From Candidatus Saccharimonadota bacterium (GTDB lineage: Bacteria > Bacteroidota > Bacteroidia > Flavobacteriales > Blattabacteriaceae), in assembly GCA_029851245.1 (NCBI GenBank), contig CP099826.1, positions 57,688-89,687 on the forward strand: a stretch of DNA of 32,000 nucleotides. The letters run 5' to 3'. This document shows, one piece after another, positions 28,471 through 32,000 of the stretch. Within the stretch, counting starts at the first letter, position 1; every line of letters begins with the position of its first letter. A program made the position numbers and the translations under genes. The notes under the pieces were generated by a model. It made no database searches, was not told the DNA's origin, and worked only from the letters and a program-made list of their open reading frames with translations.

Positions 28471-29508
28471 ATGAAAAATAATATATTTAATAAAAATATA
28501 ATAATATTAGGAATAGAAACATCATTTAATGATACTTGTAGTTCTATAATATTAGGTAATAAAATATTATCAAATATAATAATTACTTCTAAAATATATG
28601 ATAAATATAATGGTGTAGTGCCTAATATAGCATCTAATATACAGTTAAATAATATATATAATGTAGTAAGTAAAGCAATTTTAAATTCAAATATTAATAT
28701 TAGAGAGATAGATGGAATAGCATTTACAAAAGGACCTGGTTTAATATTATCATTAATAATAGGAGAAAATTTTGCTAAATCAATGTCTTTAATATTAAAT
28801 AAACCAATTTTTGGAGTTAATCATATACATGCTCATATATTATCGCATTATATATATAAAAAAAATAATAATTATCCTAATTTTCCTTATATATGTTTAA
28901 GTGTAAGTGGGGGTCATAGTAATATATATATAGTAAAAGGATATTTTAATATAATATGTATAGGGAAAACATTAGATATTTCATTAGGTAATTTATTTGA
29001 TAAATTATTGATAATGTTAAATTTAAAATTATCAAATGGATATAGTAAATTAAGAAAATTTTGTGAATTAGGAAAATTAAAGTATAAAATTCCTATACCC
29101 AAAGTAAATAAATATAATTTTAGTTTTAGTGGTATATATACATATATGAAAAATTTTATTAATAAAAAAGGTATTAAATATATTAATAAAAATAAATATA
29201 ATATAATAAAATCATTTCATTATACAATATATAAAATATTATTATTAAAAATTAATAGAGTAATAAAAAAATATAAAATATATAATATAGCAATTTCTGG
29301 TGGAGTTACTAATAATAAATATTTAAGAAAAAAATTAAATAATTATTATATAAATAAGAATTATAATTTTTATTATTTAAAAAATAATAATATTATAAAT
29401 GATAACGCTGCTATGATAGCATTAATAGGATATTTAAAATATTATAATAATAAATTTGATAATTTATCATTAAAAAGTAAATCAATATTAGATATAAAAA
29501 ATTTATAA
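28471..29508 (+). CDS. tsaD: tRNA N6-adenosine threonylcarbamoyltransferase TsaD
   Basis: 345 aa with ILGIETSFNDTCSSII, GVNHIHAHI, SVSGGHSNIY, ISGGVTNNKYLRKKL and NDNAAMIA. Confidence 0.92.
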   Translation: MKNNIFNKNIIILGIETSFNDTCSSIILGNKILSNIIITSKIYDKYNGVVPNIASNIQLNNIYNVVSKAILNSNINIREIDGIAFTKGPGLILSLIIGENFAKSMSLILNKPIFGVNHIHAHILSHYIYKKNNNYPNFPYICLSVSGGHSNIYIVKGYFNIICIGKTLDISLGNLFDKLLIMLNLKLSNGYSKLRKFCELGKLKYKIPIPKVNKYNFSFSGIYTYMKNFINKKGIKYINKNKYNIIKSFHYTIYKILLLKINRVIKKYKIYNIAISGGVTNNKYLRKKLNNYYINKNYNFYYLKNNNIINDNAAMIALIGYLKYYNNKFDNLSLKSKSILDIKNL

Positions 29509-29745
29509 TTTATAGTTTTTATATTTTTTATTAAATTTATCAATTCTACCAGTAGTTTTTTTAATTTTAATATTACCAGTAAAGAAAGGATGTGAAAATT
29601 TCGAAATTTCTATTTTATAAAAATTATAAAAAATATTATTTTTTTTAATTTTTTTATTACTATTAATAGTAGATTTATTAAATATTAATTTATTATTGTT
29701 AATATCTTTAAATATAATAAATGTATAATTATTATTAATATTCAT
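29503..29745 (-). CDS. rpmE: 50S ribosomal protein L31 (type B-like)
   Basis: 80 aa. EISKFSHPFFTGNIKIKKTTGRIDKFNKKY matches the L31 C-terminal signature (SHPFYTGKQ...GRVxKFxKRF). It overlaps tsaD convergently by 6 nt. Confidence 0.85.
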   Translation of the reverse strand: MNINNNYTFIIFKDINNNKLIFNKSTINSNKKIKKNNIFYNFYKIEISKFSHPFFTGNIKIKKTTGRIDKFNKKYKNYKL

Positions 29746-29813
29746 TATTTTAATAAAAATAAAATTTATTTATTTATATATAAAAAATATATAAATTATA
29801 AAATAAATAAAAA

Positions 29814-30884
29814 TTATTTTTTAATTAATAATAAATCCCCATAAGATAATAATTTATATTTATTTTTAATAGCGTTTATATAGGCAGTATTAAGTAAATT
29901 ATTACCACAAAAATAAGATATATTATTAAAAGAATAAGAATTAGGAAAATGAAATTTAGTAATTAAATTATTAATAATTTTAAAATTAAAATTTTTATTA
30001 GTTTTTTTATTAATATATCCATTATAAGGTGGAATTTTATTATTATATGTATTAATTAATTCTATACTATTTAAAGTATTAATACCTATACAACAAATTT
30101 TATTTTTTTTATTATTAGTATTATTTATAATTTTAGTATGAGATTTTTTAATTTTTAAATAATTTGAATATAAATTGTATTTTTTGTTATTATTAGAAGT
30201 ATTATTTAATATTTGATTAATACCTAAATGATAAGTAATATCTAAAATATTAACATTTTTATATTTTAAATTTAAAAAAAATGAATTAGTAAGTGAAATA
30301 CCAGAATTTGGGAATATAATAGAACCTATAATTTTAGAGTAATGATTTTGGTAATTTATAGAATTATTATAATTAATTATATTATTATCTATATATTTAG
30401 GAGTTATAAATTTACTAATAATATTAAAGATAGTATTTAATTTTTTTTTATTAACATTTAAGAATTCTATAATTCTACCTTTGGAAGAAGTATTATCAAT
30501 AATTTTTGATTTTAGAATTTTATTTTTATTTTTATATTTATATTTAAAATATATGTTATTACCAATTCTTATTTTTCTTGCCGGTTTAACTAATATTTCC
30601 CAAATATTATATTTATTAATATTTTTTAATAATAATATATTAATTATAGATTTTTTATAATTATATATTTTATAACCTTTAATAAAACTTTTATAACATT
30701 TAGTATTATTTCTAATAATTATATCATTTTTATTAAAATATTTTTTATAAAGATAATTAATATATTTATGTTTTATAGTTTTTTTTTTAATATTTAAAAT
30801 CATAAGTTTAGTTTTTTTATTAAAATTAGGAAATTTATAAATATTATTTTTAGGAATTTTTAATTTATAGAAATTTTTTTTCAT
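29814..30884 (-). CDS. queA: S-adenosylmethionine:tRNA ribosyltransferase-isomerase
   Basis: 356 aa. N-terminal F..P...I...P......KLMIL pattern, CIGINTLNSIELI (compare VGTTSxRxLES), FHFPNSYSF (compare FHLPKSTL) and C-terminal LLSYGDLLLI (compare FFSYGDAMLI). Confidence 0.85.
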   Translation of the reverse strand: MKKNFYKLKIPKNNIYKFPNFNKKTKLMILNIKKKTIKHKYINYLYKKYFNKNDIIIRNNTKCYKSFIKGYKIYNYKKSIINILLLKNINKYNIWEILVKPARKIRIGNNIYFKYKYKNKNKILKSKIIDNTSSKGRIIEFLNVNKKKLNTIFNIISKFITPKYIDNNIINYNNSINYQNHYSKIIGSIIFPNSGISLTNSFFLNLKYKNVNILDITYHLGINQILNNTSNNNKKYNLYSNYLKIKKSHTKIINNTNNKKNKICCIGINTLNSIELINTYNNKIPPYNGYINKKTNKNFNFKIINNLITKFHFPNSYSFNNISYFCGNNLLNTAYINAIKNKYKLLSYGDLLLIKK

Positions 30885-31056
30885 AAAATTTTGATATTTA
30901 TATTATTTATTATATATTATAAATATATAATAATATTATATATATAAAAATATTATTATAGTAAGTTAATTGAATTAATATAAAATAATTTTAAAAAAAA
31001 ATTAGTCAATTTATTTGAGTATTAATTAGACAAGGTGTATAAAAAAATAAAGAATT

Positions 31057-32000
<944 letters not shown>

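Noticed and set aside
30885-31056. Bacteroidota-type promoter (-33 TTG / -7 TAnnTTTG) upstream of the 16S gene
   Set aside because: The spacer is almost pure A/T. It offers several partial matches (for example around TTGAATTAATA and ATTTATTTGAG) but no clean TAnnTTTG at a convincing spacing. I cannot distinguish signal from composition.

Overview
This window comes from an extremely A+T-rich, very gene-dense bacterial genome. G+C is clearly far below 20% by eye; I did not compute it. Genes abut or overlap, with no intergenic slack.

The partial 16S rRNA at the right edge has a Bacteroidota/Flavobacteriia-type 5' region (GATAAACACTAGCGATTAGCATAACACATGCAAGTCGAGGGG). The IleRS, the PUR-like DUF3276 protein, the DUF2797-like protein and the tmRNA tag all look Bacteroidota-like. 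Together this points to an obligate insect endosymbiont with a tiny genome. The two shikimate genes (aroA, aroQ) embedded in translation housekeeping fit an aromatic-amino-acid/tyrosine-precursor-provisioning symbiont of the Sulcia/Blattabacterium/Shikimatogenerans kind. That placement is an inference and cannot be confirmed without a database search.

Content:
- About 28 protein genes, almost all for translation, RNA modification or RNA processing: ileS, rpsT, mnmG, ybeY, obg, rluD, rluB, nusB, der, serS, rnhA, greA, nusA, infB, rng, mnmE, gltX, trmD, glnS, tyrS, tsaD, rpmE, queA.
- 5 tRNAs: Glu, Leu, Cys, initiator Met, Asn.
- tmRNA, RNase P RNA and the 5' ~940 nt of 16S rRNA.

I see no mobile elements, CRISPR, defence, toxin or secondary-metabolite loci, and no convincing multi-gene novel system.

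The features that deserve a second look are:
1. An uninterrupted 118-nt poly(A) tract just upstream of the RNase E/G gene.
2. A ~620-bp in-frame lysine/asparagine-rich minisatellite fused to the PUR-like DUF3276 nucleic-acid-binding protein.
3. A greA gene whose frame is broken inside a T10A14 (sense-strand) homopolymer pair.
4. An RNase P RNA with a very long terminal helix that overlaps the ends of both neighbouring genes.
5. Retention of a domain-of-unknown-function gene and of tmRNA in a minimal genome.

All ORFs stay intact under the standard bacterial code.
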